Positions 1 to 14,436 of a DNA stretch of 64,000 bases are shown here, one piece after another. A model generated the notes under the pieces. It saw only the letters and a program-made list of their open reading frames with translations. It was not told where the DNA came from and did not search any database. Each line of letters starts with the position of its first letter. Within the stretch, counting starts at the first letter, position 1. A program made the position numbers and the translations under genes. The DNA comes from Eledone cirrhosa. Lineage: Eukaryota. The stretch is from assembly GCA_964016885.1 (NCBI GenBank), contig OZ024753.1:40486001-40550000 (forward strand), in the 5' to 3' direction.

Positions 1-916
1 GGAAAGATGCTTTGCAGTATATGTTCCGGCTCTTTGACTACTAAGTTCAAATGAAACCGATAAAACATATTCTTTCCAGCCCTTCTGTGTCGATAAAATA
101 CCTGTCACCTACTAACGGTTGTTTCCCTTCACTCTGTTGGAAACAACTACGTCATGAGCTGCAACGTGAATGCTCTACTAACCCTTATAGAACCCTTTTG
201 TGGACGGGACGAGAATAAACCTGATTTTGTTTCGTTACTGTTAGGTTTATAACTTGTTTTCATTAGACATCCAAGGTCTTGCTTATATTTTGTGTATTAA
301 TTGTATTTCTACGTAATATGTGTGCAATACCTAATAGAGTATTATATAGACAAGATCCCAGACTTCCTTTGCTTACAGAATGAGGTCGAGTTTATATCAT
401 ATTGGAACAAGGAAAGTCTTTTAAGGAAGCGCTACCTGAAACCTATTATTAATAATAGACACGCAGATATGTGGGGTGTACTAACTTGACTTAACTATTG
501 TGTTCCAATCTCTGTTTGTGCATGGGTTAATTTTCTTGATTTTTATATCATATCTTGTGTTAATTATTTTGTGATTCATAAAAATGCTATACTTATTTCA
601 TGTTTTGCCAAATTAATCTATCCATTGTGTAACGTCCTTGACCTTACCAGCTGTGAAATAAAGTGAAATTTAATCAACCTTACCCAACCCACACATTTTA
701 TAGCCATTTGTATGTTTTAAGAATCCATAGCTTGCTGTTTATTCAATATTTCTGACGCCATGCTTTGCAGCAAAGAGTTACGGCCCTTTATAGCCTAATT
801 TCAAATCCCGCCGAGGTTAACTTTGTCTTTCCTCCTTACAGGTTCGATAAAATGAAGTACCAGTAATACACTGGGATAATTGCTGGCCTTGTGCCAAAAG
901 TAGAAACAATTATTAT

Positions 917-1107
917 GGTGGTGGATTGGCGGTATCGGTAGAGGGTCGGACGCAATGCTTTGCAGCAAAGAGTTACGGTCCTTTACGGTCTGAGTTCAAA
1001 TCCCGCCGAGGTTAACTTTGCTTTTCATCCTTACGGGGGCGATAAATCAAAGTACCAGTAATACACTGGAATAATTGCTGGCCTTCTGTCTATAATAGAA
1101 ATCATTA
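917..1107 (+). mobile_element. tRNA-derived SINE (major family), preceded by a truncated copy at ~750-912
   Basis: A-box-like TGGCGGTATCGG, B-box GAGTTCAAATCC, conserved body (ctttcatccttacgggg.cgataaa...gtaccag), ATT tail. Confidence 0.85.
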
Positions 1108-1152
1108 ATATGGTGCATTGGCAGAACCTCTAAAGCACTGGATACTCTAGAT

Positions 1153-1854
1153 CACAGGTTCTCAACCCATTTAGGCCAAACGTCCCGTTTTGTCCTTCGA
1201 AAGCACGACCCCCCCTCCCCCTATTTTTCCATTTTTCAATATACTACTGATTTTTATATCAGTAGATTACTAAAAAATTGATTAACAATATTCCAAAGAT
1301 GTGTGTATTACCTGCTTATATGTTGTATGTGGTCCTAGATGTGTGCGCTACTCGCTTCTGCTTTTCTTTTCTTTTTTTTATTTGTAATATTATTTATACA
1401 ATAGGGAATAAAATAGATCTACATAGTGTTAACTCGTTGCGGCTGAGTCAATAATTTCAGACATGAAATACATTGTTATCGGTGAAGGAAAGATAAGATT
1501 CTAACTGGCTGCACTCAAAGTGTCTTTGACCCAGTTGACTGTGGGTTTTTCCATTTTTAGGATCTCAGTTACCGGTTAACGTCTCAATTACCGGACATGC
1601 CTTCACACCTGCTCACAGCTGCGGTTAGACTATAGTTATGCTGTCTGCAAGCTCATTCAAATGCATTCACACTGGCTGTCTCAAAGACATACAAATATGG
1701 CTTATAAAACTTACCAAAATAAAGAGCCTTCCAGCGTCCCCTAGCCCCCCTCCCCCAGCTCCAAACGCCCCCCTTACGCGACCTTGCTCCGAAACGCCCC
1801 CTGGAGTTCCGAAACGCCCCCGGGGGTGCATATGACCCCCGTTGAGAACCTTTG
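1153..1854. mobile_element. hAT (Charlie-type) non-autonomous element/MITE
   Basis: TIRs CACAGGTTCTCAAC / GTTGAGAACCTTTG; perfect 8-bp TSD CTCTAGAT (1145-1152, 1855-1862); interrupts an old SINE. Confidence 0.85.
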
Positions 1855-2509
1855 CTCTAGATCCCAGTGAAACTCCTGTTTTTCTGTGTTCTGAGATTTA
1901 ATCCAACCGAGGTTGATTTTACTTTAGGAATATTCAAGTTTGATAATATAAAGTAGTAGTAATAACCCAGAATCCATACAATATACCAAATTCAAAACAC
2001 TGTACCTATCAAGGTTATTATAATGTAACTACTTACGTCACAGGTCATTGTCCTAGTTATGAAATATTTTTCGTTGTTTATTTACTTGATATTAATATAC
2101 CTATATGTAAGTATATTTTTATTAATATATATACTCTTATACTTTCACCTTCTTACATACCTAACTTTAGTACATACCTAACTTTAGTCATAATAAGTAA
2201 CTAAATTCTGCCTAGCTACCTACGTATAGTAATAGACACGTACATAACAACCATTAACAGCATTTATAATCCATTCGACTATTAACATATCAATTTACTC
2301 CCCTTTATGATTATCTGACCCCCATATCAATAAATATTCTGAGATACTCATTTAACTAAAACTCACAAGCAAACAAAGGAGACTTCGAAAGATGGTCAGT
2401 CGACCTGCTAGAAATATTAACCAGCATTTCCACTTGAGACTTAGATATAAATGGGGCGTGATTAAAGCGGAGAATTTATAGTCAGAATACAGAGAATTGT
2501 GACATCTAC

Positions 2510-2945
2510 CTGACCTGCCAACCTCTAAAAACCCAAACGGGGAGTACCATGAAAAAAAGTGCTCCAAATCGGGGAGAAATGAAGCAAAATAGGGAGATTT
2601 ACATAATGATTTCTAGTATAAGCACAAGGCCAGTAATTTGGTGGCGTGAGGAAAGTTGAATAAATCGACCCCAGTACGTTACTGGAGCTTTATTTTATCG
2701 ACCCCATAAGGATGAAAGGCAAAGTTAACCTCGGCGGGATTTGAACTCAGAACGTAAAGGTGTCTAACTCTATGCCGCGAAGCATGTTGTTCGACGCTCT
2801 ACCGACACTGCCAATCCGCTGCTCTAGGGAGATTTTACATAATGAAAGCTATACCAGTTTTCACGAGAGAAGACATCTCTCACCCACACCAAAGTGGATA
2901 GGAGATCTCCCCATCAGATGTGGGGGGATCTATCTCTGCAACTAC
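2510..2945 (+). mobile_element. MITE (CAGACCTGCCAAC family) interrupted by a SINE
   Basis: Left end matches the family; a SINE at ~2610-2820 (-) is flanked by a ~20-bp duplication (tagggagattttacataatga). Confidence 0.7.
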
Positions 2946-3309
2946 CACAAGGCTTCCAATTTGGTATGATATCAGTATAGCCAATATTGGGCTTTATACA
3001 GTGAACTTTATTTAGTAAACCCGTAACGATGGAAAACAAAATTGTTCTCAACGATATTTCGACACAAATCTTTGGCAACTGAGACAAACAGCTGCAAGCA
3101 ATGTCCCACACACTCATATATACATGCATATAACCTACACAGGCGCACACCAGTATGTATATGTATGTATTTATGTAAATTTGCATGCATAACCTTACAA
3201 AGTAAGAATCACAGTTGCTACTCGTGTCTGGAGAAACAATCACAGTTGATTCAAATTTTGTAAGTGAGGAAAAAACAAACGAACAAAAATTAAGAACAAA
3301 TGCAAGGTA

Positions 3310-4990
3310 TCACCAGCACCACCACTTCCACCACCACCACCACCACCACCACCACCAACACCACCACTTCCACCATCACCACCACCACCACCAACACCAC
3401 CACTTCCACCATCACCACCACCACCACCATCACCACCAACACCACCACCAACACCACCACTTCTACCATCACCACCACCATCACTCCCACCACCAACACC
3501 ACCACTTCCACCACCACTCCACCATCACCACCACCATCATCACCACAAACACCACAACCACCACCACCACCATCACCATCACCACAAACGCCACTACCAG
3601 CACCACTAAAAACAATAACAACAACAACACCAACAAAAAAATAACATTTCCGCCAACACCATCCATCACCACCATCCCGAGCATAACACCTCCACCATCA
3701 CCACCACTAACTCCACCACCAACACCACCACCTCCATCAACAACACCACCACCCCCAACACGACCACTTCCAAAACTACCACCACTACCGCCGCCACCAC
3801 CACCACCACCACTAAAACTATCACCACCACCTCCACCACCAACCCCACCATCATTTCCACCACCACCAACACCACTACCACCACCACCACTACCACCACA
3901 ACTACCACCACCACAACTACCACAACCAGCCACCACCACCACCACTACCACCATCATCACCACCACCACCACCACTACCACCCCCACCACAACTTCCACA
4001 ACTACCACAACCAGCCACTACCACTACCACCACCACCACCACCACCACTTCCACGCACTACCACAACCAGCCCTACCACCACCACAACTACCACTACCAC
4101 CACCACCACCACCATCACCACCACCACCACCATCACCACCACCACTTCCACAACTACTACAACCAGCCACTACCACCACCCCCACCAACACCACTATCAT
4201 CATCACCACTACCACCACCACCACCACCACTTCCACGCACTACCACAACTACCACTACCACCACCACCACCACCACCATTTCCACAACTACCACAACCAG
4301 CCACTACCACCACCCCCAACAACACCACCACCACCACTACCATCATCATCACTACCACCACCACCACCACCACTACCACTACCACCACCACCACCACCAC
4401 CGCTACTACCACCACCACCACCACCACTACCACCACCACCACTACCACCACCACCACTACCATCATCACCACCACCACCACTACCACTACCACTACCACT
4501 ACCATCACCACCACCACTACCACCCCCAGCCACTACCACCACCCCCAACAACACCACCACCACCACTACCATCATCATCACTACCACCACCACCACCACC
4601 ACCACCACCACTACCACCACCACCACCACCACCACCGCTACTACCACCACCACCACCACCACTACCACCACCACCACCACCACCACTACCACCACCACCA
4701 CTACCATCATCACCACCACCACCACTACCACTACCACTACCACTACCATCACCACCACCACCACCACTACCACCCCAGCCACTACCACCACCCCCAACAC
4801 CACCACCACCACCACCACCACCACTACCATCATCACCACCACCACCACCACTACCACCACCACCACCACCACCACCACTACCACCCCCAGCCACCACCAC
4901 CACCACCATCACCACCACCACCACCACCACCACCACCACTACCATCATCATCAACACCACCACCACTACCACCACTACCACCACCACCAC
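3310..4990. repeat. (CAC/CAT/CTA)n trinucleotide array, ~1.7 kb
   Basis: Direct inspection. Confidence 0.97.
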
Positions 4991-5189
4991 TGCCGCCGGC
5001 GCTGACTTTCCTTTTGTCGTTAACAATGGCGAAGACTAGCAGGACAGCGAAAGTCACAATACTACCAGCTAAAACAACTCGGTTATGTTTCTATTTTATG
5101 TATTCCACCTGTGTAAAAGAATAGTCGTACAACTTAGGTTTAAATAGGTGTTGTTCTTAGCTTCGACAAAACATACATTTAAAACTATG

Positions 5190-5267
5190 AATGAATGAAT
5201 GTATGTATGTATGTATGTATGTATGTATGTATGTATGTATGTATGTATGTATGTATGTATGTATGTA

Positions 5268-5330
<63 letters not shown>

Positions 5331-6080
5331 GTGTGTATGTGTGTATATGTGTATGTATGTATATGTATATATATGTATGTATATATGTATATATATGTAT
5401 GTATATATGTATATATGTATATATATGTATGTATATATGTATATATGTATGTATGTATATATGTATATATATGTATGTATATATGTATATATATGTATAT
5501 ATATGTATGTATATATGTATATATGTATATATATGTATGTATATATGTATATATATGTATGTATATATGTATATATATGTATGTATATATGTATATATAT
5601 GTATGTATATGTATGTATATATGTATATATATGTATGTATATATGTATATATATGTATGTATATGTATGTATATATGTATATATATGTATGTATATATGT
5701 ATATATATGTATGTATATGTATGTATATATGTATATATATGTATGTATATATGTATATATATGTATGTATATGTATGTATATATGTATCTATATGTATGT
5801 ATGTATGTATATATGTATGTATATATGTATGTATATATGTATATATATATATATGTATGTATATATGTATATATATATATGTATGTATATATGTATATAT
5901 ATATATATATGTATATGTATGTATATATGTATGTATATATATGTATGTGTGTATGTATGTATATATGTATGTGTGTATGTATGTATATATATAAATGTAT
6001 GTATGTATATATGTATATATATAGAGAGAGAAAGACAGATGTACATACGTATACTTACACACACACTCGCACACATACAA

Positions 6081-6118
<38 letters not shown>
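5190..6118. repeat. (TATG)n/(TA)n/(TG)n microsatellite complex
   Basis: Direct inspection. Confidence 0.97.
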
Positions 6119-6121
<3 letters not shown>

Positions 6122-6963
6122 CCAGTTGTTACCTCTATGGGGAGTCTATATTACATAAACTTGTAACCAAAACAGACACAAGTAACAAGTAAATTCCTAA
6201 CTAATTAGGGCATTGAGGGAAACTGTTTAAACATTCTCCACATAGATTAAATCAATTAACTGCGTTTTAGATTATAACCGTTATAAAGCCAGCATTTTGT
6301 ATATATTAAAGACTACACTGTCCAAATTGGCTTTCCTGTTCAAATATGGCGTGAGTGTGAAATAGAAGGCAATTCGTCGTTTCGTTTAGAAGACCGAAAA
6401 TGTCGGCCGATTGGCAGTATCGGTGGAGCGTTAGACATGCTTTGATTTGTATAGTTATTTCCTTTAGGTTCTGAGTTCGAATCCTGCCGATATCAGTTTT
6501 CCCCTTCCCTTAAAACTTTTGTCTTTGTGACTAAATCAGAAATCATTTATAGGAGCGAAAATGGCGGTCGGTGGATTAGCAGTATCGGTAGAGCAGCGAA
6601 CATGTTTTGCTCATATATTTAGATTCCTTTACGTTCTGATTTCAAATTCCAGCGAGGGTAGCTTTCTCCTTCCTCCAAAATATTTGACCTTGTGCCTAAA
6701 TTAGATACCATTTATAGGACGAGAATGTTTGTATGTATGAATTAGCCTCACATTGTACACTAGTGTATTTATATGTGGGAGTCCAAGCATAGAAATATAG
6801 TCATAGAATATACCACTTAGTATTATCTGTGACGTATTGTTCAAAGATGGAACAACTTTGGTCCTTGATTTACATGAGAACACACATACACACACATACA
6901 CACACATACACACACATACACACACACACATAAATACATAAACACCTATATATATATATATAG

Positions 6964-7006
6964 ACCGAGCTGAGGATCCGAATGAGGTGAAACATTTGTT
7001 CTCGGT
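6964..7006 (+). ncRNA. Type I hammerhead ribozyme (minimal, PLE-type)
   Basis: ACCGAG-CTGAGGA-T-CC(gaatga)GG-T-GAAA-CA(tt)TG-TT^CTCGGT. 6-bp stem I (ACCGAG/CTCGGT), intact core, GUU cleavage triplet; directly follows a (TA)n tract. Confidence 0.75.
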
Positions 7007-7212
7007 ATGGTGAATTAACTGTTGTGGAATTACTTCTCTCTCTCTCTATATATATATATGTGTGTACAGGAAAAGAGTCGTCACGACCCCGATGGCTGAG
7101 CTCCTGCCGTTTCGACAGCTATATATATATGTATATATATATATATATCACTTAAGAAACGGAGAATCAGTGGTGCGACGAATTAAAATTTATTAGACAT
7201 ATTACAATCGTT

Positions 7213-7353
<141 letters not shown>

Positions 7354-7357
7354 TATA

Positions 7358-7466
7358 TTAAGCCCTCTTTGGATTTTGGTCTTCGAATTTATAATATTAC
7401 TATATATATATTTATATATACAGGAATATTATAAATTTGAAAACTAAAATCCAAAGAAGGCTTAAT
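7358..7466. repeat. (TA)n-embedded inverted repeat, dispersed family
   Basis: ttaagccctctttggattttggtcttcgaatttataatatt and its reverse complement; further arms at 7690-7730 and 60450-60490. Confidence 0.8.
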
Positions 7467-8347
7467 ATATATATATGTGTGTGTATGTATGTATGCATAT
7501 ATATATATATACTTTTTATGTTTGTTTTATTTATGTTATAGTATTTATGTTTTTGTTCTATTTTTCTGAGCTAAAAAGAAACTGTCTGAAATTTGTAATA
7601 AGTTTTCTGATAACCTGTGTGATTCTTTTAAAGGTATTTAAAATATGTTGTGTACTGGGTGTATATGTGTGCATATGTATATATATACATATATTATAAA
7701 TTTGAAGACTAAAATCCAAAGAGGGCTTAATATATATATATTTGGATTGCTGGATTGTTGGATATAAAATCGACTTGAAGTCCACAACTGACACATTTTG
7801 ATTCTATATCTGGTTGTATAGGATTCACTTTGGAATAAACATCAATAGCAACAACAAACATAGCTTGATCCATTACTACTTCTAATATCACGACCAAAAT
7901 GATGCCAACTACAACTGTAACAAAAACAACAACAATAGCACCAGCAACAACAATAACAATAACCACAGTCACTGCAAGTGAAAGTAGTAATAGCTTTACA
8001 AACAAAAGCAACGTAAAGAATATTAGCAAATATAAAATGAATAGTTGCGGTAATGGTAGATATACATAAAAAACAGTAGCAGCCATATAAATTGTTTTTT
8101 CAACAAGTTGCGGTAACTGAATGCACCAACAGCAACAACATCATCAATATAAAAAAGAAAAAAACAACAAAACTTCAACAGACAGACAATGGTAAAAATA
8201 ATAACAAGCATACAAAAATAAGACAACAGACACTTGATAACAAAAAAAAAAAATAAACCGTTGAATAAAACCAAAATGGCGGAACATCAAATAACCGAAT
8301 TGAAAAAAAAAATAAAAAAGAGCTAGAGAGAAAGTGAGGGAGTAAAT

Positions 8348-8387
<40 letters not shown>

Positions 8388-8661
8388 AAAGTGGTGATTC
8401 GATATGGAGAGAGGGGAAGGTTTCCAAACGAGGCAGAATAATGGATCGCATGCTCAATCGATTTTATTGACTACATCTCATTGGTATTCAAGCGTGAAAG
8501 GAGCTTTTTTTTTATTTGTAGATATATATATATATATTTTTGCTTTTTCTATAATATCGTGTTTTGTTTTTGTGTTTCTTAGTTCCTTATTTCAATATGC
8601 ATCGTTGCTCATACAACTAGTTTCGCTTAATGTGATGAATACTGCTTGTAATTTCATCGTA

Positions 8662-8707
<46 letters not shown>

Positions 8708-9130
8708 GGCGGTGGACTGGCAGAATCGGTAGAGCGTCGTAGAAAATGCTTCGCAGTATTTACTTATGGCCCTTTACATACTGAGTTCAAATCCCACCGA
8801 TGGTAGCTTTGCCTTTCATCCTTACGATGTCGATAAAATAAAGTACCAGCAACGCTCTGGGGGCAAATTAATCGACTTTACCCCCCCCCAAGGTTGTTTA
8901 TTGTTTTTATTATACAAAACCCCAAAACGAGCACACGCACACACAGACACACGGATACTTAGACAAACACACACACACATATATATATATATATATCAAT
9001 GGTATCTATTATGTATTTGATACGACTTCATCAGACAGCAATTTGTAATGTCTTGTTCAACGTGTGATATGTTCCTGGCGGATTTTGATGTTGCTCTACC
9101 AATGCCCAGCATATATATATCAGAATTATT

Positions 9131-9313
9131 GGATTGGCAGTATCGGTAGAGGGTCGGACGTCATGCTTTGACGCATAGAGTTACGGCCCTTTCTATTCTG
9201 AGTTCAAATCCCGCCGAGGTCAACTTTGCCTTTCATCCTTATGGGGTCGATAACATAAAGTACCTGTAATGTACTGGGTAATTGCTGGCCTTGTACCAAA
9301 AGTAGAAACAGTT
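9131..9313 (+). mobile_element. tRNA-derived SINE (major family)
   Basis: Full head, body and tail match the other copies. Confidence 0.85.
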
Positions 9314-9325
9314 ATTACTATTATC

Positions 9326-9366
<41 letters not shown>

Positions 9367-9369
<3 letters not shown>

Positions 9370-9550
9370 CGAGTGGGACCCCGACGGCTGAGCTCAAACC
9401 GTTTCGACGGCTAATTCTGGACTAAATGAAAATTTTTATCCATAAAAATGTTCAGTTAGTCCAAATTTTCCTATTACCCACTCTACTACCCTAAGTATTG
9501 AGTACTTTGGTGCGTTATGGTCCATCTGGTTCCTTACCACATTTCCTTCG
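9367..9550 (+). mobile_element. Family 'A' copy with internal hairpin
   Basis: ggaccccgacggctgagctc...gtttcgacggct arm plus conserved tail; a further fragment at 9792-9848. Confidence 0.7.
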
Positions 9551-9617
<67 letters not shown>

Positions 9618-9618
9618 A

Positions 9619-9705
<87 letters not shown>

Positions 9706-9746
9706 AATATATATATATATAAATATATATAAATATATATATATAC

Positions 9747-9793
<47 letters not shown>

Positions 9794-9847
9794 TAGAATT
9801 AGCCGTCGAAACAGCTTGAGCTCAGCCGTCGGGGTCTTACTTGTTCC

Positions 9848-9937
<90 letters not shown>

Positions 9938-9950
9938 AATATATATATAA

Positions 9951-9989
<39 letters not shown>

Positions 9990-10014
9990 TATAAATATAT
10001 ATATATATATATAA

Positions 10015-10045
<31 letters not shown>

Positions 10046-10055
10046 AATATATATA

Positions 10056-10467
10056 TAAGTATGCATGTATACGTACATACATATATGTATACAGACGTAC
10101 AGTAGCATGCACATATATATATATATGCACATATATACATACATATGCATACAGGTACACATACATATATGCACGTATCAGTTTAGCGGCGCTAACGTCG
10201 CTTTGTTCGTTTGTAAACAAACTGAACAGCCTGAATTTATGCCATACGGTGTTAAGGCAACCACGTCACCTTTTTGTTCAACACTGACACAGGAACGATG
10301 TACTAGTTTCAAGCTTGTTAGCTATCATCAGCACCGTTTACCCATCTGCCAGATAGTTGAACGTTCGAAAGTATGCATATGTATGTATATATGTGCATAT
10401 ATATATATATGTGCATGCTACTGTACGTCTGTATACATATATGTATGTACGTATACATGCATACTTA
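10056..10467. repeat. Inverted repeat (~95-bp arms) enclosing an HHR
   Basis: taagtatgcatgtatacgtac...gcatac (10056-10151) pairs with gtatgc...gcatactta (10371-10468). Confidence 0.85.
10294..10338 (-). ncRNA. Type I hammerhead ribozyme (minimal, palindromic stem III)
   Basis: Reverse strand reads AACGGTG-CTGATGA-T-AGC(taacaa)GCT-T-GAAA-CTAG-TA^CATCGTT. 7-bp stem I, self-complementary ACTAGT stem III, GUA triplet. Confidence 0.8.
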
Positions 10468-10526
10468 CATTTAAGTAAGTGCCATACTAAGAGTGAGAAA
10501 TGAAATTTCGTTTTCATTTTGTTTCA

Positions 10527-10591
<65 letters not shown>

Positions 10592-10643
10592 TATATAAAT
10601 ATATATATAAATATATATAAATATATATATAAATATATATATA

Positions 10644-10753
<110 letters not shown>

Positions 10754-10853
10754 AATATATATTATATATATATATATATATACTGAGAACTGATAGAAAA
10801 TAGTGATTATTATCGTGATAATCTTAACATTAAATGATATATTATTGTGTCAG

Positions 10854-10887
10854 TTTATTTGATGAGGACGAAAGGGCACCTAGTAAA
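10854..10887 (+). ncRNA. Degenerate hammerhead-like motif
   Basis: TTTAT-TTGATGA-GGAC-GAAA-GG(gca)CC-TA^GTAAA. C3>U and a collapsed stem II; lies ~70 bp from a (TA)n tract. Confidence 0.35.
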
Positions 10888-11493
10888 ATAACCCCCATGT
10901 CGCCGTAGATTTAGATATAGTTATTCATTATCAACACAAATCAATTTACACCTGCAGCCATGACAATAATATACAAACTCTGTTTGATCCATTTATAGTT
11001 TTGATTGTAATAATAGCAATATATAAAAGCAGGTATTAAAAGTATTTTAAGTAAGTCCAGAAATGGTTTCACAACACCTGCTTGTGATTCGGAAACCACT
11101 CACCGGTCATTAGCATATCGGAAGCAGCTGTCTGAATCTTTCGTATAATGACCATACTAATGTAGGGTCAAATTTTATTATGTTATTACCATTGTCCACG
11201 TAGCTGTAGGTACTGGTGTTGTTCTTATTCGAATCATTGTGATTACTAGTATAAAGAGCATTCATAGATTACCATATCCTAGCAGCTTTAAGATATCATA
11301 ATGATGATATTGTTTAGTAAGAGTACAGACAGTCCTGATGGATCCGACGTATAATCAGAGGCATAACAGCTGTGATCATCCTATTCCGTTTTTGTATATT
11401 TAGCCATAATTTCTCCGATATGTCCTTCTTTATTTGAAACCCGATCATATAATTTAGATAGAGATTTTCCTGCTATTTCTTGTAGGTCTAGAA

Positions 11494-12033
11494 CAGACTT
11501 CTCAAACTTTTTGGGACATCCCCCCACTAACGGCCACATAATAGCCTAGACACCCAAACCCTTTCCAGAGAGACCTGCCTACACGTAAATTATAAATAAT
11601 ATATAATAAATAAAATCTTTAATATATATATTATAAATAATATAATATATACTATGTATAAATAAATTTTTATTTTACTATATATATATATAATTGTTTC
11701 TACTTTTCGCTCAAGGACAGCAATTATCCCAATGTATTACTGGTACTTTATTTTATTGACCACGTAAGGATGAAAGGCAAAGTTAACCTCGGCGGGATTT
11801 GATCTCAGACCATAAAGGGCCGCATCCCTTTGCTGCAAAGCATGGCGTTCGACCCTCTACCGATACTAATACATACTATGTATAAATACATTTTTATTTT
11901 ACTATATATATATATAAATATTTATTATCATTGGCTATTTCATATAATATTATATCCTCTCATCACCCCCAGCGCCTTCTTGGACCTTCTCAACGCCCAC
12001 GAGGGGCGGTAGCGTCCACCTTGAGAATCTCTG
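11494..12033. mobile_element. hAT (Charlie-type) MITE with nested SINE
   Basis: TIRs CAGACTTCTCAA / TTGAGAATCTCTG; TSD GTCTAGAA/GTCTAGAG. Confidence 0.75.
11693..11866 (-). mobile_element. tRNA-derived SINE nested in a hAT MITE
   Basis: Reverse complement of the family consensus. Confidence 0.85.
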
Positions 12034-12518
12034 GTCTAGAGTATGCGTTAAATTGGCGCATCTAATAAACCTATAACTAAAAAAACCCTGCGTATTTTAA
12101 AACTATTTTATGTCCAGTTTCTCGACGTCTTTTCTAAATATTTACCCCCAAGTTTTATCATTTTACAAGCAATATTATAGATGGATGTGAAAAAAAGAGA
12201 AAAAAAAGGTATGCACAAGCGGTCATGTGTGTGCGTATGTGGCTGACTTATGTTTCCTGAGTGGCTTAAAGTAAAGATAACACCAGATCTCTCAGGAGTT
12301 GGTGAAATTAGTGCAGTTCTTAAGTAGGGCTGTTTAGTCACACACCCGGGGATCTAGCAAGATCATCAGCTGTTTCAATCAAGCACCCATCACAAGCATC
12401 TGGCGATTTGATATACCAATGTAAATGTATGTATGCATGTAATGTACACACAGACGAACACACACGTGCGCGCATATATATATATATATATGTGTGTGTG
12501 TGTATATATGTATGTTTA

Positions 12519-12578
<60 letters not shown>

Positions 12579-12671
12579 GGAGGTGAGTTTTATTGTAGTA
12601 CAATAAAGCAATGCAGATATCGGATAAGAAGCACTCTACAGTTTGTAGGACTGGAGTATACATAATATATT

Positions 12672-12867
12672 AGAACAAAAGATGGTTAAAAGAGTTCCAT
12701 GTATTTTATTATGCGCATTTAAAACTGCACTATCCACAAGTGTTTTTAACCTTCATATCATATCTTCCTGTTTTAGCTGATGAAAACACAAATATTATTG
12801 CATGATGATATTTGTTTTTGAAATGCGCATAATAAAATACATGGAACTCTTTTAACCATCTCTTGTT

Positions 12868-12869
<2 letters not shown>
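12672..12869. repeat. Inverted repeat (~49-bp arms) of an HHR module
   Basis: 12672-12720 pairs with 12821-12869. Confidence 0.9.
12769..12839 (+). ncRNA. Type I hammerhead ribozyme in fold-back element
   Basis: TGTTTTAG-CTGATGA-AAACACAAATATTAT(tgcatg)ATGATATTTGTTTTT-GAAA-TGCGCA-TA^ATAAAATA. Long stem II, palindromic TGCGCA stem III, one mismatch at the base of stem I. Confidence 0.75.
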
Positions 12870-12922
<53 letters not shown>

Positions 12923-13016
12923 AGGGAGTGTAACTTCGAGTTACTGTAGTGATACCCTGATATATATATATATCAATAATATTAAAAAATGGCGACTATC
13001 TTTATAAAACTATATT

Positions 13017-13077
13017 TATTTTATTATATATATTTCAAGGGTACCAGTATTTTGCTACGCTCTCATCAGATAAAATA
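13017..13077 (-). ncRNA. Type I hammerhead ribozyme (TATTTTAT family)
   Basis: Reverse strand reads TATTTTAT-CTGATGA-GAGCGTAGCA(aaatac)TGGTACCCTT-GAAA-TATATA-TA^ATAAAATA. 8-bp stem I; module flanked by (TA)n. Confidence 0.75.
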
Positions 13078-13121
13078 CAAAAATTGGTTTACAGATAGTG
13101 ACATATCTTTCTATCTATATA

Positions 13122-13152
<31 letters not shown>

Positions 13153-13630
13153 CACTCACAATCGAGTGTGGTTTGGTAGTATACACCATGTATTTCACCG
13201 GGGGTATTTGGGTGCAATGCAATCGGAAGCAAGCACAGACACCTTCTCAAACTTCACGAACATGTTCTAGAATGTTTACGCCCTGATGTGAAGATAAAAA
13301 TTTGGAATTTTTTACTTAATTGTTTATTTTTATTTTTAAGTACCTTCGCTGCCAAAAACTTTAAAGTGCATTTAGCAGCTAATAATGTGGTTAAGCATTA
13401 TAGTTTCTGTGATAGATTTTATGTGATAGATACTTGAAAACCATTTTCAACAGAAGAGAAAATTAAAAGTGACGCATCTCAAATCTAAGAGGTTGACAGG
13501 GTGGATTGGCCGTATCGGTAGAGGGTCGGACGCCATGTGTTTTGTTTGTGTGTATGTCTCTTTTACTCTCTCTCCCTGTCTTTCTATCTTTCCTACTTTA
13601 TATATATATATATATATATACATACATACA

Positions 13631-13787
13631 TGGTCACACTAGAAGAGGAAGACCAAGGTTAACGTATGTTGATTCCCTAAGGACAGACACTGGTCTGTTG
13701 GAGACGCAGGACATGGCAGCGATAATGAGGGACAGAGACCGCTGGAGAGAACTCGTCCATGGATCTCGGGAATTTTACCCGCCTTAG
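13631..13787 (+). pseudogene. RTE-clade LINE 3' fragment
   Basis: GHTRRGRPRLTYVDSLRTDTGL...MRDRDRWRELV is the typical RTE C-terminus; embedded in (TA)n. Confidence 0.75.
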
Positions 13788-13877
<90 letters not shown>

Positions 13878-14351
13878 CATACGTAATTGGACATCTTTAT
13901 TCATTAGTGAAATGTCTGCGGAATAAATGTATCTATAATAGATTATGTTTATATATGTAGACTGTAGTGGAATAACATGATTTATAGCTTACCATTTCTG
14001 ATGTCCTAACTTAATGAGGGATTTTGTATAAATAATAAAGATAAAATAGATTGATGTTAACAACACAAAAGGGAAGATAAACAGATATATTTCAATTTAT
14101 TATAGTTGCTATTGTTTAACTACAATTCAATCTCCATTTAGCAGCAGTATCTCCAATGTCATTCCCTTTATGATACCTCCATCTTTTTCCTATATATTTT
14201 CTAAACAACACCTGCAAAGAAATGTCATCAGCCAATTGCTTGAACAAGCTCATTTGATCAAAGATCTTTCATTGTCTGTTCCATATCATAGACCTTACTC
14301 TTCCTCGCATAAAGTTAGGCAAATGAATGCGTGATTCATTGTTAGATAGAG

Positions 14352-14419
<68 letters not shown>

Positions 14420-14436
14420 ATATATATATATATAAC

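Noticed and set aside
917-1010. tRNA gene (A and B boxes)
   Set aside because: No cloverleaf, and it continues into the SINE body; it is a SINE head.
3215-5005. 596-aa His/Thr/Pro-rich ORF
   Set aside because: It is a translation of a (CAC)n array that switches among poly-H, poly-T and poly-P with phase shifts, with no domain; a microsatellite artefact.
5157-6166. Long YI/MY/CV ORFs here and throughout the window
   Set aside because: Stop-free readings of (TA)n/(TG)n microsatellites.
9005-9045. CTGATGA on - strand near (TA)n
   Set aside because: GAAA is replaced by CAAA and stem II is unconvincing; at best a decayed relic.
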